Notes: generated by a model not told the origin, from the sequence alone. 64,000 bases of DNA from Candidatus Iainarchaeum sp. (GCA_038895395.1 JAWANJ010000001.1:298-64297); one strand, 5' to 3'; shown: positions 30,049-40,587, numbered from the stretch's first letter. Numbers and translations: made by a program.

Positions 30049-31236
30049 ATGAATAGTTTTCACGTTTTAATGTTAGGTTGGGAATTTCCACCATTCAAGT
30101 CAGGGGGTCTTGGCACTTATTTGTTGGGTTTCACAAAAGCATTAAACTCCCTAGGCGTTAAAATAACTTTCATTATGCCATATACTGGCAAAAGTTTAAA
30201 ATACGATTTCATTGACATCATACAGGCTGACGGTATTGAAATTTTTGGCATAAGCTCAGGCTTGACACCATACTTTGTAAAAGGTGTTGATGGTGAAAAT
30301 AGAACTTCTGTTAGTAGCGTGTATGGTTGGCGGTTTTTCGATGAGGTGAAATATTACACTCAAAGGGCAATAGCAATAGGATCTAAAATAGAATGTGATG
30401 TGATTCACTGCCATGATTGGATGACTTACATGGCAGGCATAGCGCTTAAGAAGATTCTGAAAAAGCCTCTGGTTGTGACAATACATAGCACAGAATATGA
30501 CCGCACTGGAAACCTTTTTCCCAATGCTGAAATAGTCAGTATTGAAAGACGGGGTCTTACCGAGGCAGATATGGTAATAACAGTGAGTGAATATGAAAAA
30601 AGGCAGATTATTGAAAAGTATGGCATTGAACCAAACAAAGTTGCTGTTGTTTATAACGCCATAGACCTTGAACAATATAAGCGCAAAAATATTGAGAAGT
30701 ATTTGAACGACAGAATTGTTCTTTTCGTTGGGAGGCTTACAGTACAAAAGGGCGTAGATTTTTTCATCGAAGCTGCAAAGAAGGTACTTGAAAAGAATAA
30801 AAGTGTGAGGTTTGTTATTGTTGGCTCCGGAGATCAAATGCCACATCTAATACAAAAAAGCATCAGCTTGGGAATAGCAGACAGAGTACATTTCGTTGGT
30901 TTTGAAAATGATGTTTCTAAGTATTATTCGATTGCTGATGTTTTTGTGATGCCAAGTGTTTCTGAACCATTTGGTTTAACTGCATTAGAAGCACTTGCAT
31001 GTGAAGTGCCTGTGATAATAAGTAAACAGAGTGGAGTTAGTGAAGTTATAAGGAACTGTTTAAAGGTTGATTTTTGGGACACTCAAGAGTTGGCTAACAA
31101 GATAATTGCAATGTTGTATTATCAACCACTGTATGAAGAATTGAAAGAAAGATCAAAAATGGAAATTTTGAAGTATAGAAGTTGGAGGGATGTCGCCATA
31201 GAATGCCTGGAAATTTATCGCTTAGTTGCAAGGTGA
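30049..31236 (+). CDS. glycosyltransferase, glycogen synthase-like (GT5/GT4, KxGGL type)
   Basis: N-terminal MLGWEFPPFKSGGLGTYL resembles the GlgA K-T-G-G-L motif. 395 aa GT-B fold. Confidence 0.65.
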   Translation: MNSFHVLMLGWEFPPFKSGGLGTYLLGFTKALNSLGVKITFIMPYTGKSLKYDFIDIIQADGIEIFGISSGLTPYFVKGVDGENRTSVSSVYGWRFFDEVKYYTQRAIAIGSKIECDVIHCHDWMTYMAGIALKKILKKPLVVTIHSTEYDRTGNLFPNAEIVSIERRGLTEADMVITVSEYEKRQIIEKYGIEPNKVAVVYNAIDLEQYKRKNIEKYLNDRIVLFVGRLTVQKGVDFFIEAAKKVLEKNKSVRFVIVGSGDQMPHLIQKSISLGIADRVHFVGFENDVSKYYSIADVFVMPSVSEPFGLTALEALACEVPVIISKQSGVSEVIRNCLKVDFWDTQELANKIIAMLYYQPLYEELKERSKMEILKYRSWRDVAIECLEIYRLVAR

Positions 31237-32440
31237 TATTTTGAAAAAAATATGTTTTTACTTTCAAGTGCACCAACCTATGCGCATAGGAAAATATTCT
31301 TTTTTTGATATTGGAACAGGTAAAAGTTACTTCGATGAAGAAAAGAACAGGGCGTATTTGGAACGCGTAGTAAAAAAATGCTATGGACCAGCAACTGCAC
31401 TAATAAATGAGCTTATTAATGAAACTGATGGTGCTTTCAAGGTTAATTTTAGTATTACAGGCACTTTAATTGAACAGCTAGAAAAATATTTTCCAAAAAT
31501 TCTTGAAAGCTTTATTGCAGTTGTTGAAACGGGTTGTGCGGAATTGTTTAATGAAACTTATTATCATTCACTTTCCTTTTTGATTTCAGAAAGGGAATTT
31601 AAAGAGCAGATAAAGCTTCACAGAAAAAAGATAAAGGCTGTTTTTGGTGTTAAACCCAAGGTATTTAGAAACACTGAGGCAGTATATAACAATGACATAG
31701 CTAAAATTGTTTCGAAACTTGGGTTTAAGGCTATTGTGACTGAGGGTAGTGAGAAGATATTAGGTTGGAGAAGCCCAAATTACTTGTATAAAGCAAAGGG
31801 AGAAGATATCTTACTTCTTTTAAGAAACTATAGGCTTAGTGATGACATTGCGTTTAGATTCTCTGAGAGAAGCTGGACGGAATATCCTTTGACAGCAGAT
31901 AAGTATGCATATTGGATAGCGGCCACACAAGGAGAATGTGTAAACATATTTATGGACTATGAAACCTTTGGTGAGCATCAGTGGCCTGAAACAGGAGTTT
32001 TTGATTTCTTAAGACATTTGCCAATGGAGATTTTAAAGTATCGTGACTGTGAATTTGCTTGTGCATCTGAAGTTATAAAGAAACTTGAACCAAAAGATGA
32101 GCTGGATGTTCCGTATTTTTTGTCATGGGCTGATATAGATAGAGACTTGTCAGCTTGGCTGGAAAACAGAATACAAAGGCATGCTTTCGAGGAGATCAGG
32201 GCTCTAGAAAAAGCAGTTAGGAAAAGCAAAAATCTGGATATTTTGCATAGCTGGCGCTTGCTGCAAACATCAGACCACTTTTATTATATGTGCACAAAGT
32301 GGTTTGCGGATGGCGATGTACACAAATATTTCAATCCTTACGAGACGCCTTATGATGCATATATAAATTATATTAATGTGCTAAACGATCTAAAGATGCG
32401 CTTAGGTATTAACGCCCAGCAGCAAGCTCATATGCGTTAA
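31226..32440 (+). CDS. glycoside hydrolase family 57 protein
   Basis: N-terminal FYFQVHQPMRI matches the GH57 HxHQP signature. 404 aa. Confidence 0.65.
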   Translation: MQGDILKKICFYFQVHQPMRIGKYSFFDIGTGKSYFDEEKNRAYLERVVKKCYGPATALINELINETDGAFKVNFSITGTLIEQLEKYFPKILESFIAVVETGCAELFNETYYHSLSFLISEREFKEQIKLHRKKIKAVFGVKPKVFRNTEAVYNNDIAKIVSKLGFKAIVTEGSEKILGWRSPNYLYKAKGEDILLLLRNYRLSDDIAFRFSERSWTEYPLTADKYAYWIAATQGECVNIFMDYETFGEHQWPETGVFDFLRHLPMEILKYRDCEFACASEVIKKLEPKDELDVPYFLSWADIDRDLSAWLENRIQRHAFEEIRALEKAVRKSKNLDILHSWRLLQTSDHFYYMCTKWFADGDVHKYFNPYETPYDAYINYINVLNDLKMRLGINAQQQAHMR

Positions 32441-34220
32441 GATAGTTTGTTATTAAATTTGACCAAGACAAGTTGTAACTCAACTGCTTTGCAACTATTT
32501 TTAAGTCACCACGTTCTCTTTTAGGAAGCATGTATATGTACTTCAGATATTCCACAAGCTCAGCCAAAGTTTTCTCGTAAGGTGTGTTTGCTCTTGACAG
32601 CACTTTTATTGCATTTTTTGCAAGATCAGTATTTAGATGGTTCTTTATGTATTGACCAAAACCGCTTAAATCTGTTGTAACTGCCGGTAGACCAAGTGCA
32701 ATGGTTTCTAAAGGTGTGTATCCCCAGGATTCATAATAGCTTGGAAATACTCCTAAATGGCAGCCCATTACTGCTTGATAATATTCAAGACCTAAAAGGC
32801 CATCAGCAGTACTAAGGTAGGTAGGATAATACAGCACTTTAACTTTATCTGTTTCCCTATTGAAAAGATTGTTTTTCTTTATTCTTGTGAGGATTTCATC
32901 ACTTTCATCGACTTCTAGCACACTTATTGGTGGCACTTCATTTTTTTCATGTTTTAGTTCAAACAACATTTTTTTAACTTTATATAAAAATTCGTCATCA
33001 AGCAGATTCTTACCTGTTGGGGGCTCACCTTTTGAAATGCTGTAATAAAGCCTGTTTTTTATTTTTCGTATTTCATCCTCAATTTCGTCCTCTAATCGCT
33101 CATACAATGCCATATGTTTCAGAAGCTCGATGTTTTTGCCTCTGTTAGGCGCTGGGACAAATATAAAAGCGAATATTGTTGTTGTGTTTTTAGTATCTTT
33201 TAACTCATTGTTTAATCGCCCCAAGGCGTCTATAAACAGGTCTATGCCTTTGTTTCTTACCTCATAGCGGCCTGAAAGGAAGTAAAACAGGCTATCTTCA
33301 ACGTTTATGTAATAATATGGTGCAAAGTAGTCAAGCACGAAACGTCTAATGATGTTTCTGTAGATAACATGGAGATTTGCAAGCTCTTCCATAACATAAA
33401 ATTTTTCTACGTTTAGGCCATTTGGGGTTAAAATATCAGGTCTTCTGCCAAGAATGTACTGAGATTCGTTAGCACAAGTCTCGGATACTGTAGTAAACAC
33501 AGTAGCTTTGTGAGCGCATGCTTTTTCTGTAAGATGTTTTGCTTGAACTCCATATTTATATGCACGTTCATTTGGCACTGTTTCATTTGCCTGTATCTTT
33601 GAGATTATTTCTTCGTGCAATGGCTCTCCTGATCCAGCAATGCACCTTCCAAGCACGGTTGCATGTGTTGTAAAAATAGTTTTTATTTCTGGTTTATAGT
33701 GCACTATGTGAAGAAGTGCGCCTCCCGATAGCCACTCATGACAATGAACTATGCATTTTTTTATGTCATGCTCTTTTGCAAAAACAACCGTAATCAATTT
33801 TTCTAATAATAGGCCAACTGCCTTACCCCAAACAATAGGTTCGTTGTAATCATCGCCCGTGCCCAGAGAGTCTATTTGATAAAGATCCCAAAATTCTCGT
33901 TTTATATCATTTGTCTTTGCCTTTAGTTCATTTGGATCAACTAATATGCACTTTGGTCTGCCAGGTACAAGCCAATGGCCAGAATAGCAGTTAATTCCAT
34001 ATGTTTTTTTCAGGTAATCGAATACTTCAGCAAATTCGGGCGATGGTGTTTCTTCTTCAAATTCAACAGCGGCGCTTCTTTTGAAATAAGGACCAATTGT
34101 AAAAAAGTTTTTCAGGGAATTTTTTGCTTCAGCAGCCTTTGTGGATAGGACAGTATATATTCCGCCTACTTTGTTAGAAACTTCCCATCCAACCTCAAAA
34201 ACAGTGAAATCTTTTTGCAT
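32409..34220 (-). CDS. glycogen synthase, eukaryote-like GT3 family
   Basis: N-terminus FEVGWEVSNKVGGIYTVLSTKA is the GT3 glycogen synthase signature (EVSWEVANKVGGIYTV). 603 aa. Confidence 0.8.
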   Translation of the reverse strand: MQKDFTVFEVGWEVSNKVGGIYTVLSTKAAEAKNSLKNFFTIGPYFKRSAAVEFEEETPSPEFAEVFDYLKKTYGINCYSGHWLVPGRPKCILVDPNELKAKTNDIKREFWDLYQIDSLGTGDDYNEPIVWGKAVGLLLEKLITVVFAKEHDIKKCIVHCHEWLSGGALLHIVHYKPEIKTIFTTHATVLGRCIAGSGEPLHEEIISKIQANETVPNERAYKYGVQAKHLTEKACAHKATVFTTVSETCANESQYILGRRPDILTPNGLNVEKFYVMEELANLHVIYRNIIRRFVLDYFAPYYYINVEDSLFYFLSGRYEVRNKGIDLFIDALGRLNNELKDTKNTTTIFAFIFVPAPNRGKNIELLKHMALYERLEDEIEDEIRKIKNRLYYSISKGEPPTGKNLLDDEFLYKVKKMLFELKHEKNEVPPISVLEVDESDEILTRIKKNNLFNRETDKVKVLYYPTYLSTADGLLGLEYYQAVMGCHLGVFPSYYESWGYTPLETIALGLPAVTTDLSGFGQYIKNHLNTDLAKNAIKVLSRANTPYEKTLAELVEYLKYIYMLPKRERGDLKIVAKQLSYNLSWSNLITNYLNAYELAAGR

Positions 34221-34287
34221 CTAATCGCCTTTCAATAGTAATTAAAATAATAAAGGTTAAAATAACTTTCATTTTAACAATTAGAAT

Positions 34288-36168
34288 GTGGTTTCACCGA
34301 TAAACAAAAATTCGGAATTGGGAAAATATTCTTATTTTTTGAGCAATAAGGATTGTTTTTTTCACAGATATTACGATACTGGTTTCAAGACAAAATGGAC
34401 TGGCTTTTGGTCCAATGGCAAAAAGTATATTGAATTTTTTGACTTTAAGGTTTTTGGAAAATATCTTTCAGAGTCAAATTGCATAAAAGCAACATATGAT
34501 TTTACGAAAGCAACTCATGTTCATGCTATTGATGATGGTGTTTTTATTCAATCTGTTTGGACCCCGCTTTCTGGAGCTAAACTAGTTGTAGAGCTCCAAA
34601 GTGCAAACAACAAAAATTTTGAAGCTGAGTTTGAGTTTGCCATTAACATACGAAAGCGAGAAGAAAATTGGCATGATCGCGATTATGTAGTAAAACAGGA
34701 TGAAAATGAAAATTGTATAAATGTTTCTTCTAGTTTGGGTCAAATAAATATTTGTGTTTCTGGAAGCGAAAGCCAGTTTGTGCCTTTGCATCAGTATTTT
34801 GACCATTATCCATCTGGGGAAAAACAGCGATATTTTTTGCCGGGCATACTGAAACTAAAGGGCACAACTGTACGAATATTGTTTTCTTTGGAGAATGAGT
34901 CAGGTTTTGGTGACAACGAGCTTTTAAGCAAAAGAAGCTTTTATCGACAGCTCACCAACTGCATAGAGTGTGATGACCCTTTGATCTCTGGGTTATACAA
35001 AAAAGCCATTTTAAACATGGAGCTGCTTTTTTGTGGTAACTGTTATTACGCGGGTTTGCCCTGGTTTTTGCAGTTTTGGGCAAGAGATATGTTTTGGAGC
35101 TTACCAGCTTTCTTGTATGCGGGTTTTTTAAATCGAGCTAAATCAGCATTAGAGGTTTTTTCAGATAAGGTTATCAATGGAAGAGTTCCAAATTATATCT
35201 ACGGAGATGAAGTAAATTACTCTTCCATTGACTCCAGCATAATGTTTATATCTGCTTTAAGGGATTATATTGCGTTTTCAGGAGACACGGATTTTTTAGA
35301 GAATAAAATCGACTTAGTTTGTGATATAATGCAGAGGCTTCTTGCAGTTACTGACAGCAGAGGGTTTATATCACATGATAGCAAAGAAAACGAAACTTGG
35401 ATGGACAGTCTAAATAGGTATGAAACTGCCATAGAAATACAAGCCCTTTTTGTAAAGGCCCTTTCAGATTTTTCTGAGCTTGTATTTTTGGCAAAAAAAC
35501 CAAGTGGTGCTGCTATGGCCTTAGCATTTGAGGCAGAGGGGCTTGCAAGAAGACAACAGCACTTATTTGAAAAAGTTTTTTACAACGATGGCAAGTATGC
35601 CGACAGAATATGCGGTGAGCAAAAAGATTTCTCTAAAAGGCCAAATGCGCTTGTGCCTATTATGTTGGGGTTAAGCAAGTTTGGAATCGAAGAGTTTGAA
35701 AAGAGCGATATTTTATGCGAAAAAGGTGTAATGAGTCTTTCAAGTGAAAACAATGGATTTGATAGTGCTTCGTATCACAACGGCCAGGCATGGTCTCTTT
35801 GCACTGGTTGGCTTGCATGTGCGGAGTTTGCTATGAATCGGGTTGAAAAAGGCTATGAAATACTTAAGATCATTGATGATTACACTTACGGTGACACGCC
35901 TGGCTGCATAGGAGAATCATGGAATAGCAAAACGTTTGAGCGTATGGGGTGTAATATCCAACTTTGGGGCGCAGCACTTGCTATAAGAGCTATAGATGAG
36001 TTTATGCTTGGGATAAAACCATATGCTCCACGTCAAGAGATAGAAGTTTGCCCAAGGTTACCATCAAGTGTTGGATATGTTAAAAGGACTATAAATTTGG
36101 GTGGAAAAGAAACAAGCATCATTGTTAAGAAACAAGGCACATCAGTGAAAGTAGGCCTTTCACGTTAG
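34288..36168 (+). CDS. glycogen debranching enzyme / amylo-alpha-1,6-glucosidase (six-hairpin GDE C-terminal domain)
   Basis: 626 aa. GDE_C-like (alpha/alpha)6 region (…LPWFLQFWARDMFWSLPAF…). GTG start. Confidence 0.7.
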   Translation: MVSPINKNSELGKYSYFLSNKDCFFHRYYDTGFKTKWTGFWSNGKKYIEFFDFKVFGKYLSESNCIKATYDFTKATHVHAIDDGVFIQSVWTPLSGAKLVVELQSANNKNFEAEFEFAINIRKREENWHDRDYVVKQDENENCINVSSSLGQINICVSGSESQFVPLHQYFDHYPSGEKQRYFLPGILKLKGTTVRILFSLENESGFGDNELLSKRSFYRQLTNCIECDDPLISGLYKKAILNMELLFCGNCYYAGLPWFLQFWARDMFWSLPAFLYAGFLNRAKSALEVFSDKVINGRVPNYIYGDEVNYSSIDSSIMFISALRDYIAFSGDTDFLENKIDLVCDIMQRLLAVTDSRGFISHDSKENETWMDSLNRYETAIEIQALFVKALSDFSELVFLAKKPSGAAMALAFEAEGLARRQQHLFEKVFYNDGKYADRICGEQKDFSKRPNALVPIMLGLSKFGIEEFEKSDILCEKGVMSLSSENNGFDSASYHNGQAWSLCTGWLACAEFAMNRVEKGYEILKIIDDYTYGDTPGCIGESWNSKTFERMGCNIQLWGAALAIRAIDEFMLGIKPYAPRQEIEVCPRLPSSVGYVKRTINLGGKETSIIVKKQGTSVKVGLSR

Positions 36169-36173
36169 ATTGC

Positions 36174-36180
36174 TTTTTTT
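36174..36180 (+). terminator. T7 run immediately after the GDE stop (archaeal oligo-T terminator candidate)
   Basis: TAG stop at 36166-36168 followed by tgcTTTTTTT. Confidence 0.35.
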
Positions 36181-36211
36181 AAATAAAGTTGCTTTTATTT
36201 ATTAGAGCAGC

Positions 36212-37108
36212 ATGGGTATGAACCAAACAAATGAGAACAAGGAAAATATTGGAAACATAGTTGAAAAATATGTTGAGAACTTCAAAAGAGAACTGATTGT
36301 TGGTGGTTTTTCCAATAGGACCATTAAAATGTATCTGCTATATATCCGAGAATTTCTTGAGTTTATAAAAAAAGACCCATTGCTTGCAACTCGAGAGGAT
36401 GTTATAGCATACATGGCACACAAAAAAGAAAATAAGGCCACTGATTCTACGATGTGTTTGGTTTATTCTGCATTGAGACATTTCTTTAAAGAATATTTAA
36501 AAAGCGATGTGATGGAAGATATAAAGAGGCCAAAAAAGGGGACAAAGTTACCAGTTGTGATGACTAAAGAAGAGGTTATACGGATGATAAATGCTGCTGA
36601 AAGAAAAAAAGACAGACTGATAATGATGCTTCTTTACTCTAGCGGTATGCGTGTTAGCGAGGTAACAAAGCTGAAAATAAATGATATTAATTTTGCTGAT
36701 AGAACAGCAATAGTGCGCGGCGGTAAAGGGAATAAGGATAGAATAGTAATCTTGTCTGAGTCTTGGTTAAAAGATTTGAGTGATTATTTGAAAAAAAGAA
36801 AGGCAAAGACAGAATATGTTTTTTCAGATTATTTGGGCAGACCAATTTCAGTGGATACTATTCAGAGAATTGTAAGAAAGGCCAGAATTAAAGCAGGTAT
36901 CGAAAAAAATGTGACACCACACAGTTTTAGACATACATTTGCTACACACCTTCTCGAGCGTGGTGAAAACATTAGAAAAATACAGGAGCTTTTGGGTCAT
37001 AGCAACTTATCTACAACGCAGATATATACAAAAGTTTCTGTAGAGGAATTAAAGAAGGTCAAAAGCCCGTTGGACAATTTAGAAAAATTTGATAAATGCA
37101 ATGGATAA
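36212..37108 (+). CDS. xerA: tyrosine recombinase, XerA/XerC/XerD family
   Basis: C-terminal catalytic region HSFRHTFATHLLERGENIRKIQELLGHSNLSTTQIYTKV (HxxR...H...Y) and the N-terminal SAM-like core-binding domain. Confidence 0.85.
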   Translation: MGMNQTNENKENIGNIVEKYVENFKRELIVGGFSNRTIKMYLLYIREFLEFIKKDPLLATREDVIAYMAHKKENKATDSTMCLVYSALRHFFKEYLKSDVMEDIKRPKKGTKLPVVMTKEEVIRMINAAERKKDRLIMMLLYSSGMRVSEVTKLKINDINFADRTAIVRGGKGNKDRIVILSESWLKDLSDYLKKRKAKTEYVFSDYLGRPISVDTIQRIVRKARIKAGIEKNVTPHSFRHTFATHLLERGENIRKIQELLGHSNLSTTQIYTKVSVEELKKVKSPLDNLEKFDKCNG

Positions 37109-37227
37109 AAACAGCACAGAGGGTATTGTTCCGATAATGAAGCTCTAGCAAAAGTTTTAGGTGAGAAGATTGATTATAAAGATTTGGATCATAAACACAA
37201 AATTTAAATATTAAAAAAACATATATT

Positions 37228-37521
37228 ATGTGGTTCTTAGTTTTATTTATGAAGGGAGGGTTTGAGATGACTGTGAGGCTTTCAGAGCTTTTTGGAAAGG
37301 AGATATATACTGTTGACGGGGAAAGAAAAGGCAAGGTTTTTGACCTTGTAATAAATTTAGAAAAAGGACGTATAGAAACCATAACTACTGAACCTTTAAG
37401 AGCAAGTTCTAAAGCAGAGGCTAGAAAGATAATAACTGAAAAAAGCATACCTTATAGTAAAGTCATATCTGCAAAAGACATATTGTTGATTTCTACAAGA
37501 CAGGAAGTTTCAAAGCAATAA
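37228..37521 (+). CDS. PRC-barrel domain protein
   Basis: 97 aa. LSELFGKEIYTVDGERKGKVFDLVINLEKGRI is typical PRC-barrel. Confidence 0.5.
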   Translation: MWFLVLFMKGGFEMTVRLSELFGKEIYTVDGERKGKVFDLVINLEKGRIETITTEPLRASSKAEARKIITEKSIPYSKVISAKDILLISTRQEVSKQ

Positions 37522-37690
37522 CTCTTTGTTAAGGTTTCAACAATTGCATCTACGTTACTAACGTTAAAATGCTACCATGGTTTAGTAGCCAATTCTAAAA
37601 AGATTGTTATGTACAAAGCAAAGTTTTTAATTTTTTTCAAATATTTTTATACATAAACATCGTCAAAACAATTGTTTTTTATTATCGGAA

Positions 37691-38275
37691 GTGCAGAGGG
37701 GGTCTAAAACGTTAAAAGCACATTTCTTACAATATAAGTTTATTGTGCCAAAAACACTAAGCAGGTCTTCTTACACCTATCAAAAACTTTTTAGAGCGCT
37801 TTACGGTTATACTCAAGTAGTAAATAAATCAAATGGGAAAAGGTATAGGTATCATAGAAAAGGAATACTTTCTGATGTTCCTTTTATAAGGCCTTCTAAA
37901 AATTCCCTTATAATACCAACTGATGCTTTGCAAAAATTGATTAACTTTTTTAATACTGGTGAAAATCCCGCTCATCGATGGACTGCTAAAGGTGATTGGA
38001 AGGCGGTTTATTACTTAAGTGACAAACAAATTAGTGAACAAAGTGTCGCTAGAGCATTTGAGCAAGTTTTGGATAGGCAATGGGTAAACTATGGCGGTGA
38101 AAAAATGCTTTTGGAAGATTTCTTATCAAAATTTGTGCCAAAAAAAGAAGAATTAAAAAATAAAAAAATAGTGCAATTCTGCAATTACTTAACTTCCCAC
38201 GAATGGTTTGCTAAAAGTTATGTATATTCTGACAGACTTAAAAAATTCAAAACTCTCTGCGAAAATCTATCTTAA
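37691..38275 (+). CDS. hypothetical protein (194 aa)
   Basis: ORF only. No motif recognised. Confidence 0.3.
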   Translation: MQRGSKTLKAHFLQYKFIVPKTLSRSSYTYQKLFRALYGYTQVVNKSNGKRYRYHRKGILSDVPFIRPSKNSLIIPTDALQKLINFFNTGENPAHRWTAKGDWKAVYYLSDKQISEQSVARAFEQVLDRQWVNYGGEKMLLEDFLSKFVPKKEELKNKKIVQFCNYLTSHEWFAKSYVYSDRLKKFKTLCENLS

Positions 38276-38278
38276 TGC

Positions 38279-38728
38279 TTATTTGCTTACAAGCTTTTTT
38301 ATTAACTTTTTTTCTTTTTCTTTAGAGTACTCATCAGCATTATTTTCAGATACTGCTATTTCGAATAAGCATTCCTTTTTTCTCCACTTCATCCTACCAC
38401 CTACGCTATGTGTCTCTACTAAGTTAATGTCTACGAGTGTTTTCAAATATGGGTAAAGACTTCTTTCGTTTTTATAGTCAACACCAAAAAGCTCTTTTAT
38501 TCTTCGTCTTATTTCTGGCATGTCAACCCATTCATCAAAGCCAAGTACATTAACTAAATGGTATGCTTGTGTGTTCTCGTTAAAAGACAAAAAATCCCAT
38601 AGGGACCTTATTTCTTTTTTTACTTCTTCTTCAGGTATGCTTTTGTAAATTCGCTCTTCTTCTGTAGCCCAATTTTTTATCCTACTGCCTATTTTTATAA
38701 GAAATCTTATCAATCTTTTCATTACCAT
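38279..38728 (-). CDS. hypothetical protein (149 aa), possible winged-helix
   Basis: ORF only. Weak wHTH-like C-terminal segment. Confidence 0.3.
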   Translation of the reverse strand: MVMKRLIRFLIKIGSRIKNWATEEERIYKSIPEEEVKKEIRSLWDFLSFNENTQAYHLVNVLGFDEWVDMPEIRRRIKELFGVDYKNERSLYPYLKTLVDINLVETHSVGGRMKWRKKECLFEIAVSENNADEYSKEKEKKLIKKLVSK

Positions 38729-39075
38729 ATTTATAGTTAATACTGTATTTACTTAAAAATTTTACTGTAAAAACTAGTAATGTAAGTAATTACAAGTAAT
38801 GATAAAAAGAAAAAAATTACACAGTTTATTCGTCTTTTTTATGATCCCTAACCATAACAAACTTAAAAATCTGTTTGTATTTTATTTTGTAACTTATTTT
38901 TTTACATATTTGAAAAAATGCAAAAAATTTGGTTTTGTAAAAATTAATTAAAAATTACATAGATTAACCACCAAAACATTTTGCAATTTTAATTAAAACC
39001 ATAATTAGCGTGAATTACAAACTACAATAATGAATAATTAAAATTTAGAAATTTCGCTTAGGTGAAATTTTAACT

Positions 39076-39150
39076 TAGCGGGGGATGGATTTGAACCATC
39101 GACCTTCGGGTTATGAGCCCGACGGGCACTCCAAGCTGCCCCACCCCGCT
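39076..39150 (-). tRNA. initiator tRNA-Met (CAT)
   Basis: Reverse complement folds as a cloverleaf: acceptor AGCGGGG/CCCCGCT (A1:U72), anticodon arm TCGGG-CTCATAA-CCCGA with three G:C pairs, T arm GATGG-TTCAAAT-CCATC, discriminator A. Confidence 0.85.
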
Positions 39151-39325
39151 TTTGTTTTTAAATAAAACATCTTTTTGTTTTTCTTTTTAAAATATTTTCA
39201 AATTTATTTTATAACAACCATCAGAGATTTATTAAAACTATTTTTTCTAAAATAAATGTTTTTAGGCGATATTTTTTTAAATCAAATCTTTATTATCTTG
39301 TGTAAAACTTGTCCAATATTTTGTG

Positions 39326-39856
39326 TTATTTTATCTTACTAAGACCATCTATCTGTTTTCTTATCGCACTTATTCTTTTATTTATTTCAGTTTGCATTTT
39401 TCTTGGGTTTAAACAATCCATGTCTAAACCACATTCTGGGCACTTAAAGTTATACTCTGCTGCAATCTCAAAAGGAACCTCACAACAACCTTTTTTACAT
39501 ATAAATAAAGTGTAATTTTCTTTTAATGCTCTTTCTTTTTCAAGTTTTTCAGCAACCTCACAAAGTTCGTTTATAATAAGCTCTACAAGTTTTTTTTTGT
39601 CAATATACCATGTATAGTTATACCAACCGCTTTTCTCATCACGATCTTTTTCATAGTTTACTATCCCTCTATAGTGCAACCTGTTAAGTATGGTTCTTAC
39701 TTCGGTAACCTTTAAACCGGTTTTTTCAGCTATCTTTTCATCTTTTAAAGGCCTCTTACTTTCCCAAAGAACTGCAGCAACTTTTTCAGATCCGACACCA
39801 GCGCTTTTTTGTAGGAAATCAACCAATATTTGTTCCTTATAGATTTTGGATTTCAT
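39326..39856 (-). CDS. tfe: transcription factor E (TFE/TFIIE-alpha homologue)
   Basis: N-terminal winged helix plus C-terminal Zn ribbon (CKKGCC...CPECGLDMDC). ~175 aa. Confidence 0.8.
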   Translation of the reverse strand: MKSKIYKEQILVDFLQKSAGVGSEKVAAVLWESKRPLKDEKIAEKTGLKVTEVRTILNRLHYRGIVNYEKDRDEKSGWYNYTWYIDKKKLVELIINELCEVAEKLEKERALKENYTLFICKKGCCEVPFEIAAEYNFKCPECGLDMDCLNPRKMQTEINKRISAIRKQIDGLSKIK

Positions 39857-40380
39857 TAGCTCAACCCCTGTTTGCATTTTTTTTCTCCAGCTTTTATAAT
39901 TGCTCCATGAAACTCTTTTTTAAGCTCTTTCCCATCAAAATACCAATCTAGAAAAACAGCCAATGCTGCAATCTCGCTATGTGGCTGCTTAGTTATTGCA
40001 ATGTTATAATCACTTTCACAGTAAACGCGTGCTTCAACCTTTTTTGATCCGATTATAACCCCTATTTTTTCATTTTCCCTTATTTTATCAATTTCATTTT
40101 CTATTGGCTTACCATACATTGTGAGATGAACAATTTTATAACCCTGCTTCTTAAGGTTTTTTACCTCTTCTAACCAACTGTTTTTAAATTCTATGCTGAA
40201 AGAACCGCCCCATCTTTTAACAACACTTCTTATGGTTTTTATAATTCCCTCATCTTTTGGACCGAATATGACTATTCCATCTGAGCCAAAAGCTCTTGCT
40301 ACTAAACAGCAATGTGTAGTAACCCTTTCATCCCTTTTTGGTCTGTGTCCATATCTTAGTACTATTACAGAAGGCATCAA
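39856..40380 (-). CDS. trm56: tRNA (cytidine56-2'-O)-methyltransferase aTrm56 (SPOUT)
   Basis: VIVLRYGHRPKRDERVTTHCCLVARAFGSDGIV matches the aTrm56 N-terminus ([23 protein letters not shown]). Confidence 0.8.
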   Translation of the reverse strand: MMPSVIVLRYGHRPKRDERVTTHCCLVARAFGSDGIVIFGPKDEGIIKTIRSVVKRWGGSFSIEFKNSWLEEVKNLKKQGYKIVHLTMYGKPIENEIDKIRENEKIGVIIGSKKVEARVYCESDYNIAITKQPHSEIAALAVFLDWYFDGKELKKEFHGAIIKAGEKKCKQGLS

Positions 40381-40513
40381 AAATTATTTTTCCAGCAAAA
40401 TTATTAATTAATTTTGTATTAAAACTTATTATTGCTAATACCTAGAGCATGCTGTTTTTAAACAGCTTACAGTAAAAATTTTATGTGTTTTCCCCAACCA
40501 AATATGTGTTTAA

Positions 40514-40586
40514 GGGCCCGTAGCTCAGCTGGCAGAGCACTGGACTTTTAATCCAGGTGTCGCGGGTTCAAATCCCGTCGGGCCCA
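40514..40586 (+). tRNA. tRNA-Lys (TTT)
   Basis: GGGCCCG...CGGGCCC acceptor stem, anticodon loop CTTTTAA, T arm GCGGGTTCAAATCCCGT. Confidence 0.9.
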
Positions 40587-40587
40587 T

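Noticed and set aside
36212-37108. Calling the recombinase a definite prophage/integrative-element integrase
   Set aside because: No att-site duplication of the adjacent tRNA-iMet was visible and the protein has the XerA/XerCD architecture. Kept only as a hypothesis in findings.
38729-39075. AT-rich 350-bp non-coding stretch inspected for CRISPR repeats or a tandem-repeat array
   Set aside because: No regularly spaced direct repeats of 25-40 nt. Sequence is simple A/T-rich spacer and promoter-like DNA, not a CRISPR array.
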